64,000 nt of DNA from Octopus sinensis (GCF_006345805.1 NC_043012.1:26412001-26476000); one strand, 5' to 3'. Shown: positions 37,783 through 52,841, counted from the stretch's first letter. Translations and numbers: made by a program. Notes: a model not told the origin generated them from the letters alone.

Positions 37783-39025
37783 TTCCTAGGTGAACTGGTG
37801 TGGTCGCCGTTTGTGAGGCACGCTTTCCCGCAGCTCGTCTTCATGACCGAACTGCAGTCGTGGATCAAAAAGAGGCCGAGGAAGGGCGAATGGCACCGCG
37901 AGTGTCGCGTTGCTCTCAAGCAACTCTGCCGTCCTGGGTCGACCTTGAGTGACTTCATCATAACCAAAGCATTCTATAGGGGATTAGTGGCGGGGAGGTA
38001 CGACGACGAGCTCGGGACGAACCTGGACGTCGACGAGGAGTACCTGACCCGCCTGTTCGGGACGACTTTCGGGCCAGGGCCCATGGACAACTTCTAGAGA
38101 TCCCTGGCCTGGCAGTGCTACCGAGAAGCGCTACCCGTTCGGGATAAGCTCTACAGACACGGCTCGAGAAACACGGGGCCGACCTGCCCGAGATGCGGTC
38201 AGAGCGACGAAACCGTTCTGCACGCACTCATGCAGTGTCCAACAATTTCCGACCTGTAGGCTTATGTTGAACAACTGCTGTCACGTGTGGGACGAGTCGG
38301 TTTATCAGCTGAGTCTATCGTCAATATTGTCACGCCTCCTTCCATCAAACGGGAAGGAAGAGCTATTTTCATCATCCTTGTGGCTATGGCGAAAGAATGT
38401 ATCTGGTGGACGCGTCTGAAAGGATTGGAGACAAACACTTTCCTCTCTGGTCAATCTCTCATCAACTTCTTCAAGTACCACTTGAAAAGAAAGTGAGAGT
38501 AGAGAGGCAAGTTTTGTCTAGCGAATGTTTAAAAAAAAGATGGGTGAATGTAGCAAGGATGGCACGTATGAATGACGAAGCCACCTTGAGCATAATCCTA
38601 TGAACCCAGAAATTGAAAACAGAGGGTTACCCACTTGCAAACAAATGTGGTAACATATAAGAATATTGACCAAGGTTACCGTGGTCTTTTTCGTAGGCTT
38701 TTCTTCCCACGGATAAACCTTACTCGCTCTTCCCTTTACACCATATATCATAACACTGTGATACACGATCCCTATTGATCGTTTTTTTCCCTCTTCCCCT
38801 TTTTTTCATTTCTCTTTTCTTTTATTCCTTTTCCTTTTCTTCTTTTATTTAAAAAAATTTTTTGTTCTTTTTTTCCCTTTTACAATCCCTTTTGATCGAA
38901 AACCTACGCCACCTTTTTTTTGTTTCTTTTGTTTTTTGTATTTTGTTTTTTTCATCCCCCAAAAGAAAAGCTCTACCTTGTAACTTGTCCCATCTGTGTG
39001 CAGCCCTGTGTGGCCAATAAAGAAA
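37783..39025 (+). mobile_element. Tx1/L1-type LINE 3' fragment, copy 2
   Basis: Same C-terminus (CPRCGQSDETVLHALMQC..KRWVNVARMARMNDEATLSIIL*) with TAG stops; same 3' terminus; TATC/TATG repeats on both sides. Confidence 0.88.
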
Positions 39026-39077
39026 CTTATCTCTATGTATGTATGTATGTATGTATGTATGTATGTATGTATGTATG

Positions 39078-39176
<99 letters not shown>

Positions 39177-39192
39177 TATCTATCTATCTATC

Positions 39193-39233
<41 letters not shown>

Positions 39234-39238
39234 CCTAC

Positions 39239-39315
<77 letters not shown>

Positions 39316-39784
39316 CACTTTGAATCGACAAACGAAGAACAAAAACAAAAATAGTATTTTTAATACATTGAATACACTTATTTCATTTTATTAAAGACTT
39401 GCAGCTTCTCTCTCGGTATATATTTAAATATTTTAATAACATTTATCAGAAACTAGCGCTACCAAATCCTAAAAGAGAAGATAAATTTCAGTAATTACAT
39501 CTCTTGCTAATTATTTTCATGTTTCAAATTTCCTACTAATCTAAGCTGTAACGATATACAGAAACAACAACATCAGACACAATATAATAATCACAAGTTA
39601 GATAAAGTCAACGTAGTTTAATTGAAGTAAAAATTCAAGTTAATTCAATTCATAGCTAATGGTGGTTACTTCAATGAAATACTGTATTCTCAAAATTATA
39701 CCACAGTCGAATAAACACGTACATTCAAATATGCATACACACTCTCATAAATAAACATTAAATGTATTTAATATATATATGCAT

Positions 39785-39829
<45 letters not shown>

Positions 39830-40277
39830 GTATATACGCATCTATCTTTCTATCTATGTATGCGAATATATGTGTGTATGTATGTATATATATACACATA
39901 TACACTTATATATATATGCATACATACACACATAGTTACACACATAGTTATACATACGCACACATATACACATTCTCATATATACGCACGAGCATGTGGC
40001 CACACACACAAGTGTATTAGAGTAGAACGCAAAATATCACAATGATATTTTAAAATTTCGCCTCTTTTCCTCCACAGCCGTTTCCCTGATTTACGCATAA
40101 GTATCATATTTTCCAAGAATATAAGACCTAATACGATATATATCTATACATATACATACATACATGTTTATATATGTATATGCATGTATCCATACGTAAA
40201 CACCGTACGTTAATACTTTGCCAGCCTCTCTCCTTTTCAACTTTCTTCATTCTGTCTATATTTATCTCCTCTTATTC

Positions 40278-40399
40278 CTTTCTGTTGAAGAGCATAGGCT
40301 CGAAACATAAAAGACCTGTTCCATTTTTCCCGAGTGTCAAACTAATACGCTTGTTGTTCTTACACTTGTCTTCGTTTTTTTTGTTTTTCTATAAATTTA

Positions 40400-40400
<1 letters not shown>
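40278..40400 (+). ncRNA. Hammerhead-like motif (40278-40313) in Penelope-like tail
   Basis: CTTT-CTGTTGA-A-GAGC-atag-GCTC-GAAA-CATA-AAAG: helix I CTTT/AAAG and helix II GAGC/GCTC are intact. Confidence 0.6.
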
Positions 40401-40443
<43 letters not shown>

Positions 40444-40541
40444 CACAATAAGGGTGAAAAAAAATTTTATATTAATTAATAACATCAATTTAAAACACCA
40501 AGTGGCCTAGCGTAAAAAAACTGTGATACAGTAAAAATTAT

Positions 40542-40754
40542 TAATACAAGTAATAAGAGAGGGACCACATGTGTCACTCTAACGCTAGAAATAGATTCGC
40601 AAAGGGAATCCACCACTAAAGAATTGATCTCAAGCATTAATTCAAGCATTAATGTTGAATTAATGCTTGAGAACAATTCTTTAGTGGTGGATTCCCTTTG
40701 CGGATCTATTTCTAGCGTTCGAGTGACCACATGTGGTCCCTCTCTTATTACTTG

Positions 40755-40759
<5 letters not shown>
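40542..40759. repeat. 218-bp fold-back palindrome
   Basis: Arms are near-perfect reverse complements about CATT|AATG at 40650/40651. Confidence 0.95.
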
Positions 40760-40805
<46 letters not shown>

Positions 40806-40840
40806 AAATACACACATACATATATATATTATATATATAT

Positions 40841-41200
40841 CTCATAAATAATGCGTTTTATTTACACGTTTTTTATTTTTCAGAATTAAGATAAGCAAAG
40901 TTCTTTTTAATCCTTCATTTTCTACAATGCTTTTCCATCTATCTGGTAGACTTCCAAGGCCTCTCTTCCAAAACTCACTTGTCCGTGACGAAAAATACTC
41001 CTCCAGTACTGTTCTGACAGAATTCATATTTTTTCCGTCCAAATGATTTTCAAAACTGCAGAATAAATGATAATCAGATGGCTCCACCAAGATGAGAAAT
41101 TCCCCAGTCTTATCATTAAAGGTGTGAAATTGAGTATTACCTTTCTGGTTGATAACTGATGAAGAATTAGGGACCCTCTGTATCGTATACGTTTTTTTTT
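40841..41200 (-). pseudogene. Mariner transposase C-terminal remnant
   Basis: PSDYHLFCSFENHLDGK..LEEYFSSRTSEFWKRGLGSLPDRWKSIVENEG matches the mariner PSDYHLF..RW motif. Confidence 0.88.
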
Positions 41201-41699
41201 ATCTTGCCTTTTATTTACAATGCATTTCTTCATTCCTTTATTAGTAACAGTACACAACACACCAGACGTTTATATATATATATATATATCAATACGTAAA
41301 TGTCGAACGATGGAAATGAATGCTCAACACTGCATTGGTGGATATAATTTCTTTATTTCTGAATTAAGGCTAACATTGTGGTTTCATGTTAAGAAAATTA
41401 GGAAAATACCCTTGCTTCTTGACAATTTGTGAAGCCGATTACATGGAGACAAGTGTCAACCTCTATTTTAGAAAACAGTTTCGCTTCGTTTACGGGTTTT
41501 CTCGTAAATTCGTGTAAATAAAATAATATATCAATGAATTAAGGAGCGTTACACTTGAGTGACATCTTGTGGATGTTTGTTTCTTTTGAATTTGTCTTTT
41601 GGACAACTTTTTTGTGATCAATTTGTTTGAATTATTTTACATAATTTTCTTTTTGTTCTGGACATGGTATTCTTATACTTGAGTGCTGAGTTAGTTCGT

Positions 41700-42750
41700 C
41701 ATTGGGACATATTTATTTGTGTGATGTGTGTCTGCTATGTGTATTCACCTTTAGGAAATGAGCTATCCTGGTATGGTTGCCCTCACGTAAATATTTGAAA
41801 TATTTGAGCGTAAAATATTGTTTGTGCATGCAAAAAGAGAAGGTTTCATCTCTAATGATTAGGATGTTATCTGTTGATTGCATAATGTTAATTTTTCAGT
41901 AATACAGAGTTCACATTTGGTACCCCGTTCTGTGTATTCTTTTCTTTTTGACTTTAGCAATGATCTTAATCTCCCTTCTTTCAAGGTCCATTTCGTATTT
42001 GACTGGACGTTACATGTTTTTTTGTTTTTGTCTTTGAATGACGCCAGATGTTGAGTATACCTTTCCTCGAATGTGATGCCCGTCATTCTGATAGACACCC
42101 TTGCTATTTCGTTGGGGTTCGTGATCTTGGCCTTGTGCACAAATTCTTTCTTGAGACAGTTGTTGTTTATAGGGTAGAGGTTTGTGTATCTACAGTTGCA
42201 TTGTCTTTCGGGGGTGTTTCTGGTGTGTTTATGTTTATTGTGATCGAGTATTATTGGGGAAGGAACTATAGCTAACTTTAACAGTATTTCTGTTTAAAAT
42301 CTTGTGGTACTTGTGTGAATGTGGAAAGTAGTTGTCTATTAGTTTTAAGTGTAACGCCCCTTAATTCATTCATATAGTTTTAAGAATTTCCTAACTATGT
42401 TAGTGACTACAGCCAGGCTATTAAATGGGTTGTCTTCTTGGTCTATTTATATTTAGTTCAATGTAGTGTATGCTATTCTTGATGTTGGACCTTTCTAATG
42501 CAGCATTGTAATATGGGACGACTTTTTCGAAAGTGTCTTTATCGACGGATAAATTGGAGACACGCCTGCTGTTGTTAACTATTTGTTTAATTACTGCCGG
42601 GTGTTGGTTGGAACCTGTGTCTATGTCCAATGCTTTCTCGTTTTGTTTGTGGTAGGGTTTAAATTCTCTTGTGTTAAGATTCCTGTTAATGTCTAAGAAG
42701 TTGGCTTTTTTAAGGTTTGTACTAATTGTGGTTCTTAGGGTTAATTGGCT
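41700..42750 (-). mobile_element. Penelope-like element remnant (RT thumb + GIY-YIG)
   Basis: ANFLDI..FKPYHK..SNQHPAVIKQI..RRVSNLS..YYNAAL, then MTGITFEERYTQHLASF..CELCITEK. Confidence 0.85.
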
Positions 42751-42872
42751 AAATATTTTGCATAATTTGTTTCCTTATTCTATCCACATCATGCCCGTTT
42801 TTATACACACACATATGTATACATGTATATATATATATGTATGTATGTAATGTATGTATGTATGTATGTATG

Positions 42873-42928
<56 letters not shown>

Positions 42929-42944
42929 GTAAGTAGGTATATAT

Positions 42945-43170
42945 CTATCTCTGTGTTTGCGTTTGTCACTACTACTCCGACGCCTGACAACCAATATTGG
43001 CGTGTTTACAGCCCCGTAACCTAGTCGCTCGGCAAAAGAGACCGATAAAATAAGTACCAGGTTTAAAAAATAAGTCATGGGGGCGATTTGTTGGATTAAA
43101 ACCTTTTAAGGCGGTGCCCCAGCATGGTCGCAGTCAAATGACTGAAACAAGTCAAAAGATTAAAAATAAG
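42945..43170 (+). mobile_element. SINE family 1 3' module
   Basis: GACAACCAATATTGGCGTGTTTAC..GGCGGTGCCCCAGCATGGTCGCAGTCAAATGACTGAAACAAG. Confidence 0.85.
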
Positions 43171-43218
43171 AGATAAAAGAGCAACGAAGACAATAACAAG
43201 AAGATGAATATCACCACC

Positions 43219-43278
<60 letters not shown>

Positions 43279-45129
43279 TTCCTCAGCAGCAGCGGCAATA
43301 GCAAGAGGCACAGAAACAAAAACAAAAATAATACTTTCATTAGCAACATAACAAAGCGAACTCTTTCGCAAAAGTTAAACAATAGCGGTGCGTAGAACAA
43401 ACCCTTCACAGTAATTTTATTTAAGAAGATAGACACCGTCTGGTAAAACCAAATTTCCTAATCACAACCATTACCAAGGGAGAGAATGAAAATATCAGAA
43501 GGATTCTAATATGTTGATGCATTAACGTGTGTACGCATACAGATGTTCGTGTATATATATATATATATGGTTTATGCGTGTCCATGTATTCAGTTATGTT
43601 TCTGTTGCATTGCGCTTTTTATAGCAGTAAATTTATTCGAATGATTAAATTACAAATTTGCTAACGATAATTTAATTTTCCTTGTCCACCAATCTGCATA
43701 TTCAATGACCACAAGTGCAAAAACACTGAAAAACAAAAACACCAAGAACAATAGGTGAATTGATAAAGGTAATTACTATCACAATATGGCGGTAACAAAG
43801 CGGAACCTTACGACAATAAAGATAACTTTATTTTCGTAACTGTATAGTCTACTGAGCATCAATTCAGTGCTTTATTAATCATTATTCAACAATCATCCCA
43901 TTCTCTAATTTCACAAAATCATCTGATTATCATTTAATAAACTGTTGTCGTTGTTCTTTAGATTCAAGTTAGCCTTGATCGACCAAACCTAATATAAGCG
44001 TTGAAGTCATGACCGTAAGTATAGTGTATCATGGGCTATGGGGGAATGGGTCGGGTTAATTCGTCCGTTGCTTTTCAATGTTTTTTGAATTAACTCCAAA
44101 ACTATTTTATCGTGATCAGGGACTATGGGCTCCTATTTCTAGAAGACGATGGTCAAATCGCTTCCGTTAGTGGATGTGGTGTAGGAGTTTTAACTGTTGT
44201 TTTCGTGATCATAATGTACCGTTTATCTAGGACTAAGTTATTTATTGTGTTTTCCGTCTTTTGAAGACACTAAGCTGAGGCTTGAAGGATAGTTGCCTGA
44301 TGTTTTTAGCAGGTGATCAACGACTAGCCTCATTTGAGCTACTCTGAGGTCATACAATGGGAGTTGTGTTAGTGACCTCACTATTGTTTTCGTCCAGATC
44401 AATCCAGGTCGAAAAGACCTGACCCCTGATCAATGTCCTTCAAAGTCTTGACCATCTCGCCTTGGTTTTCTGGGCCTTTGTCACAACTCTTTCATCCGTT
44501 TAATTGTACGAGATCAACACCCCCCATACGCTAAATACCGAGAGGTGAGTCAATCGACTAAACATCTCCTTCGAACTGTATGCTGATGAGCGCATACTAA
44601 AATCCAGTATTATGGATGTTAGTGTATAAATAACAGTGTTGCTCTATATAAAATGTATTCTATCTTTGTGGAGGTAGGTTATTTATTTTGTGAAGCGTGA
44701 ACAGCATTATAATAGACAATATTAAGGAATTTATCAGCGTATTTAATGTGTTAGATTTTATGATTGCATTTAATATGTATCTAAGTACTGTCAAAGCTTT
44801 AAATGTATAACTTTAGATTTAGATATTACTAAATAGTGGCCTTATAGTAAATCTAACGAGAAATTACCGTTCATCAATATTAGTTCTCTTAATCTCTCAA
44901 CAAGTCTTAAAATCTTAGTAATATTATTAAACGCATTCCCAGATTATCTTCTTACTTAGAATCTCTTAATCCTGCTGTCCATTATTGTAATGACGCATGA
45001 AAAATACAGTGGCATCAAAAATAGAATACATTTCATAAAGAACAAACACTCATAGACATAAATAGGAAAAGAAAGATTTTGTGACACAAACCTCCCTTTA
45101 GTTTAAATGTTCGCTGTAATATTTTCAAA

Positions 45130-45345
45130 TTTTAGCACAATGCCAGCAATTTCGAGGGAGAGGGAAGTCTATTAACTACATCAACTCCAATGTTCAACTG
45201 GTTCTTAGTTTACCGAACCCGAAAGGATGAAAGACAAAATCAACTCCGGCGGAATTTGAACTCAGAACGTGAAGTCGGAAGAAATGTCGCAAAGCGTTTT
45301 TTCCGGCACGGTCACGATTCTGCCAGATCGTTGCCATTGTTCGCT
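45130..45345 (-). mobile_element. SINE family 2
   Basis: CCCGAAAGGATGAAAGAC..GGCGGAATTTGAACTCAGAACGT..ACGATTCTGCCAG. Confidence 0.8.
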
Positions 45346-45439
45346 CTAATATTGTCACTATTTTCGTAAACCATACACACGCACGCATACACATACGTAA
45401 GCACATATTCATACACATATACATATAAAAATATACTCT

Positions 45440-45624
45440 TGAGTGAGTTCAGTCCCACTGCATGGCATCTTGAGCTAGTATCTTCTATTATAGCCTCGTA
45501 CCGTCCAAAGCCTTGAGAGAGGATTTGGTAGACGGAAATTGAGGGAAGCTCGACTCCTCTCTCTCTTTATATATAGATATATATATATAGATATATATAT
45601 TAATATATATATTATATATGTGTG

Positions 45625-45657
<33 letters not shown>

Positions 45658-45830
45658 TGTCTGTCTGCTTTTTCCCCCATCTCCACTTGACAACTGGATG
45701 TTGGTGTGTTTATCGATAGCATAAGAACCGACTTAAAAGAAAAATTAGTACGGAGCCGATTCATCGAAGTAAAAACTTTTTTTCAAGGCCGTGCCCCACA
45801 GTCTAATTATGAGACTAAGACAAATAGATA
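45440..45830 (+). mobile_element. SINE family 1, diverged composite copy
   Basis: GAGTTCAGTCCCACTG..GGATTTGGTAGACGGAAATTG, TA/TG tract, CTTGACAACTGGATGTTGGTGTGTTTA. Confidence 0.75.
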
Positions 45831-47528
45831 AAGATATCATATCCAAAATCCTTACCTTAAAATGTTTTAGCCCGAAGGCCGCGGCCATGCTGGGGCACCA
45901 CCGCTGATCTATAAAAATCGTGTTAAAATCAGTTACAGTCGCACCAGAACATTTTCTGCTATCAAAGACAGTATTAACAGAAGAAATCTTTTTATTACAA
46001 ATACGGAAATCCCTTCCTCTCTGTGCAATTGTAACAACTCCAGTATCTGCTTTCTGCAAAGAATGTGACAAGCAAAATACTCGTTTATCTCTGATGATGA
46101 CAGGGAAACAAAGCTTTATAGTGCTTATTGAAGACATTAAAAATATTCTCAAAATGTATGTGTATATTCAGACACCCAGGAAGACGGCTCACGAGATTTT
46201 AATGTCTTAGTACTGTCCTTTATAGAAAAAGTTTCTTCTTAGATCAAAGGTTTCAGAAGAGGTGATATATTTTTTAGGAGAAGTATTACATTTTATAGGC
46301 ATTTTTTTTAGAATTCCGAACAGACAGACACACACACACACACGTTTATATTTATATGTATGTATCTCTTTCATCTTTCTATATATATATATATAATTGC
46401 ATATATTCATACATACAAGATATATATATATATTATATATATATATATATATATAATATGGATAATTATGTAATTATCATACACCCCACACAAATATACC
46501 ATATATGCATATATTATATAATATGTATATATATTTATATGTATATATATATATGCATGTATATATATATTTGTATTGTATATATATATGTATGTATGTA
46601 TAAATATTTATCTCTCACCAGATGGAGTACCTTTCTTGTTGATCTTTACCTTCACGGAACAGTAATATATATATATATGTATAACACCCAACGCATATAT
46701 ATATATATATAATATATCTATATATAGATATATATATATATATATAGTAATGCATACATGTATACTACATACACACACACATAAATTAGTGGATACTTCA
46801 TATATATTTCCATCACTATTTACCGAAAAATTTCCAACCATCATTTAGCTTACAAGTTATATTTCGTCGTTAATGGATATTCCATTAAATGAAAGATGCT
46901 TCCATATTCCGAAAACATTCATATATTTATTAAGATTTAGATATCATTACATCATCCATATGTATCACTTATTTTGTTCACGTGTGTTTTGATTACCTTC
47001 CTAAATTCATGAAAATATGCATTTGCGCACTTAGTAATGAACAGGAAAATTCGACGTATTTTTTATTGCAAACTAGAAGTGGTGTTAACTATTTATATTT
47101 CAATTCGTTTTAGAATATCGTTGCTCATACGTCGCCGTCTGTTACAGTCATTAATCGTCTGAATGATCGGAACCGTGAAATTCAGATTTAGTTTCTTAGA
47201 ATCTTCAGCTTCTCAGAGATGTACAGATATATATCTATATATATATATATATATATACTACGTTAGACACATTGACGCAAACTCACTTATACGTACACAT
47301 GAACGGCTATGTAAATAAACATCACACACACGCATACACTTATTATATATATACATATACGTACATACACACACACACACACTCATACCACACAGACACA
47401 CACACCACACCACACACACATATATATATATCTTTCACCTTTTACTTTTACTTGGCTTCAGTCAATAGACTGCGGCCATTATGTATAATATATATAATAT
47501 ATATATATATACTTATATCGATATAATA

Positions 47529-47565
<37 letters not shown>

Positions 47566-47962
47566 ATATATGTATGTATGTAAATGGCACACCATTGCTG
47601 AATGGAACAGTGAAATTCAGGTTTAACTTTTAAGAACACTCACTTCCTATCGATATTACATACACACCCAAACCAGACAGACACATGCACACACACACAT
47701 ACCCCCACATGCATATTATATATATATATATAATAATATTATATATATATTATTTATCAATCTATCAATATAGATATTATGTATGTATGTATGTATGTAT
47801 ACCTACATATATACATTCAACATACAGTCATACATGCATGTATTCATGGATACACATACTCGCCCACAGGCATCATATATAACGTATATATATATATATA
47901 TATATATATTAATTATATATATATATGTATATATATATTTATACTATTATACATACGTATTT

Positions 47963-47996
<34 letters not shown>

Positions 47997-48008
47997 TTAT
48001 ACAATACA

Positions 48009-48055
<47 letters not shown>

Positions 48056-49529
48056 ATGTGTTTTATTACGGATCCTGAAATAACCTGTCAATTAAGAAGT
48101 AGGACTGTGACAAGAAGATTGAAATTCTTCAAAGCGTGGAACTCTATTCGCTTCCGTTCTACTATTCATTTCCATAAGTTATATTACTGTCTAGTTTTAA
48201 AGAGCCGGTTCCGATATTCCCGTTGTTGGCATGTCAATGGATGCCATCTACTGAGATTTCTACATTTTGTGTTAATATTCACCGTTGTTATCTCATTCAG
48301 CAATGGAGAGAAGTGGAAAATGAAATGTGATATCACCCGTCTCTTACACCTGAGCACACTGCAAATAATTTATCCGCTATTTTTATGTATGCACTTTTGT
48401 CTGTATTTACGGAGTCTCTGTGTGTATGTGTGTGTGTGTGTGTATGTGTGTATGTGCGTATGCGTGCGTTTTTATGTTGTCTATGTATGGATGTTCTAAT
48501 GTGCGAAGGGGTGTATATATGTGTGAGTGTATGCACTTCACACAGATACTCATATATAATATCATTTTTGGCTTTTATATTTAGTTATTATATATATGTG
48601 TATATATATATATTATATATATGTGTAGATATATATATTTATAATATATAATATCTATATATATCATATATCTATTATATACATACATACATAGCTATAC
48701 GTATATAACATATTTATATATCTATTCATTACATATATATATACGTATATATTATATATATGTATATATGTATATATGTATGGATGGATGGATGGATGGA
48801 TGGATAGATGAATGGATGTAAGTAACAAACACTATAACTAGTAATTTTCTGGGTCTTTTTCTGTAACAATATTTACGGATAAATTACTATCAAAAGTTCT
48901 TCAATAAAAATAGTGTTAAAGTTAGCTACACTTGCTTATAAAGCAGAACATCGCAAATATCCTATCACTGCGAACGTAATCATAAAAGAGTCACTTCAAC
49001 TCAATCGTTGCATATTGCTACGGAAATTTTATGCCCTATTTACTTAATGACAAATATGTCATAAGCCGCTTGCTTACACGGCAAAATGATATCTGCAGAT
49101 AATACTGAAAAGAACTACACAAGACTCGTGAGGAATTAGTTTAAAACCAATCATATACACTACACTCATCTATTTAGAAATAAATTTACACTTGCCTATC
49201 TCAATATATTTGGAAACTGAAGCTTTATTTAAATTCCCAGAATTCCCGAGAAGCTGGAGTACTTATAGAATTATTCCACCCACACGTTTTAATGCTTCAA
49301 GGATTTGCAATTTATGTCACCGAGAAATATTGCATTATTGCAAACTGAAAGGTTAAACAAAATACCGAAATTCTCTCCATGTCTAGGCATATGAATAAAT
49401 GTTGAATACTCTGTTTACAGACCGAGCAAACAGTTCAATAATCAACCGTGTTTGCCATTAACCAAAGATATTCATTAACTGGGATATAACTGTAAATGTC
49501 TTTCGTCTGGCAATACACTGAATAATCGA

Positions 49530-49870
<341 letters not shown>

Positions 49871-50032
49871 ATTTTTCAAAAAGAGAACAATTTGGCTTGT
49901 TCTGTGTTTTGCGTTCTTGAATCCTTTAACGGCAGTCATCCCTTCCTCTCCCTCATTTTGTTTTTTGCTTCATGAAGGAGCTTACAGAGTGAGAAACTCC
50001 GGGTAGAAGCAAAATAAATCACTAACTTAAAA

Positions 50033-50083
<51 letters not shown>

Positions 50084-50321
50084 ATCACACATGCATACAC
50101 CCACACACATGGACATACACAGATACACAGACACATGCACACATGCACACACGCACACACATCCACAAATACAATAACATTGTAGAATTTTAATATAAAC
50201 GGTATGAAATGACTAATATTAAAAATATTAAATTTGCATTTGAATGATATTGTTCATATGTGTATATTATATATATATATTAATATATATATATATATAT
50301 ATATATAATACATGTAATTGT

Positions 50322-50360
<39 letters not shown>

Positions 50361-50604
50361 TAGTATCTAGATATATATATACATGTATGTATGTATGCTT
50401 GTATGTATGTATAAAATTTTGAACTAAATACGAAAACTGTAATATGAACGATATTAGATAGTTGTAGACGATAAATATTTGATTTGGGAATATTTTGTAA
50501 GCACCAGTATGTGATCGATAATATAGTAGCAAAATGGTAGCACGTTTTCCAGGCAAGCAAAGGATTCGCGGTTTCAATTCTCATCGTCTTCATAGAAGCC
50601 CTTT

Positions 50605-51188
50605 GTCACGCTTAATATTTAGTTCCAGAATGTTATATACTCTCCATCACTCTCACTCCTTCACTCTCACTCACTCACTCACTCATTCACTCACTCACCC
50701 ACTTTTACACACTCACTCTTTCACTTTCACTCAATCACCCTCACTCATTCATTCACTCACCCACTTTTACACACTCACTCCTTTAATCTCACTCCACCAC
50801 TCTCACCCACTTATTCAATCACTCACTCACTCACTCCTTCACTCTTACACATTCACTTCATCAACCTCACTCATTCACTATCACTTACTCACTCCATCAC
50901 TCTCACTCCTTTACTCTCACTCACTCACTCTCACACCCTTACACACTCACTCCTTTACTCTCACTCTTTCACTCTTACTCACTCACTCACTCACTCACTC
51001 ACTCACTCACTCACTCACTCACTCACTTCTTCACTCTTACACACTCACTCCATCACCCTCACTTCTTCACTCTCACTCCTTCACTCTAATTCCTTCCCTC
51101 TCACTCAGTCACTCCTTCACTCTCACTCAGTCACTCCTTCTCTTTCACTCACTCACTCACTCACTCACTCACTCAGGCACTCACTCAT
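50605..51188. repeat. Degenerate (TCAC)n
   Basis: Direct reading. Confidence 0.9.
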
Positions 51189-51326
51189 TAACTATATGTG
51201 TGCGAGCACGCGTGCGTGTGTGTGTGTCCGGCTGTATGTGTCAGTGTATGTGTGTCTCTGTGTGTGATACAAATATGTAGATATGCTTGATGTATGTATG
51301 ATTTATGCATACATATATATGTATGT

Positions 51327-51359
<33 letters not shown>

Positions 51360-52765
51360 CATATACATATAAAACATATATTTATATATATATATATACA
51401 TACCCATGTATTTACGCACACAAATAGATAGATAGATTAGCATGTATATCTGTGTGTATACAAATGTTTGTGTGTGCTTAAGTGTGTATGTGTGTGTGTG
51501 TGTGTATATATACATCAGGAAAAGTCATTCATCTTAGCTGGAATGAAGTTGAGTTATGAAGCTATGAAGTTTATTTCTTGTAACTCACACACAAACACAC
51601 GCTCACACACTAACTGACAAGCACCACCACCATCACCTCCAACTCTATCACCACCAACACCACTCATTATTTATGAGCTAATTTCTTTTCCCACTTTCAT
51701 ACGATATTGTGACGAAATATTAAAACAAACACCAGTCATAAAATGTTATAGAATTCTTAAATGATACAAAAAAGCTTCTTTTGATTTTGGCGTGAAAGGA
51801 TGGAGACATTGGTGGAATTAGACTCGGAACTTTCCAGGAAGTAATTCTTCCCCCTCTTCGGAACTTCCCAGGAAGTAATTCCTCCCCTTCTTCATCCTCA
51901 TCGGAACTTTCCAGGAAGAAATTCCTCCCCCTCCTCGGATCTTTCCAGGAAGAAATTCTTCCCCCTCCTCGGATCTTTCCAAGAAGTAATCCCTCCCCTC
52001 CTCGGAACTTTCCAGGAAGTATTTCCTGTCCCACATCGGAACTTTCCCGGAAATAATTCCTCCCTTTCCTCCTCCTCGGAACTTTCAAGGACGTAATTCG
52101 TCCCATCCTCGGAACTTTCCAGGAAATAATTCCTCCCCTCCTCGGAACTTTCCTGGAAATAATTCCTCCCCTTCCTCCCCTCCTGGAAAGTTCCGAGGAG
52201 GGGGAGGAATTACTTTCTTACTCGATCACCCTCACTCCTTCACTCTCACCCAGTCACTCCTTCATTCTCACTCAGTCACTCCATCACTCTCACTCACGCA
52301 CTCCTTCACTCACTAATTTCCTCTCTCTGCTGTCCCTGCAATTCCGCCATCATTCTATTTTCATAAATATTTGCTTCAGATATTTTTCTCAATATTTGGA
52401 TATATATAAGAAAAAAAATACATTCCTGGAACATCATAAATAATAAAGAAAATAAACAAGCATAAGTCCACCAATGTCCCGTCCCCCCACTCTTTCACGC
52501 CAAAATCAAAAGAAACTTTTTGTATCATTTAAGAATTCTATAACATTTTATGACTGGTGTTTGTTCTAATATTTCGTCACAACATCGTATGAAAGTGGGG
52601 AGAGAAATTAGCTCATAAATAATGGCTCATAATAGTGGTGATAGTATTGGAGGTGATGGTGGTGGTGCTTGTCAGTTTTAGTGTGCGCGTGTGTGTGAGT
52701 TGCAGGAAATAAACTTCATAGCTTCATAACTCAGTTCATTCCTGCTAAGATGAATGACTTTTCCT

Positions 52766-52806
<41 letters not shown>

Positions 52807-52841
52807 ATATATATATATATATAATATGTATGTATTATATG

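Noticed and set aside
41470-41515. Possible decayed hammerhead downstream of the Penelope endonuclease (TTTACGAG..CGAAAC)
   Set aside because: Two core mismatches and no clear stems
44000-44620. Relatively GC-balanced unique stretch suggestive of a decayed LINE
   Set aside because: No diagnostic motif could be read in any frame
46620-48300. Recurring GGAAC(A/C)GT(G)AA words and a 40-nt AG..GT exon-like segment at 46622
   Set aside because: Matches are short and give no coherent peptide
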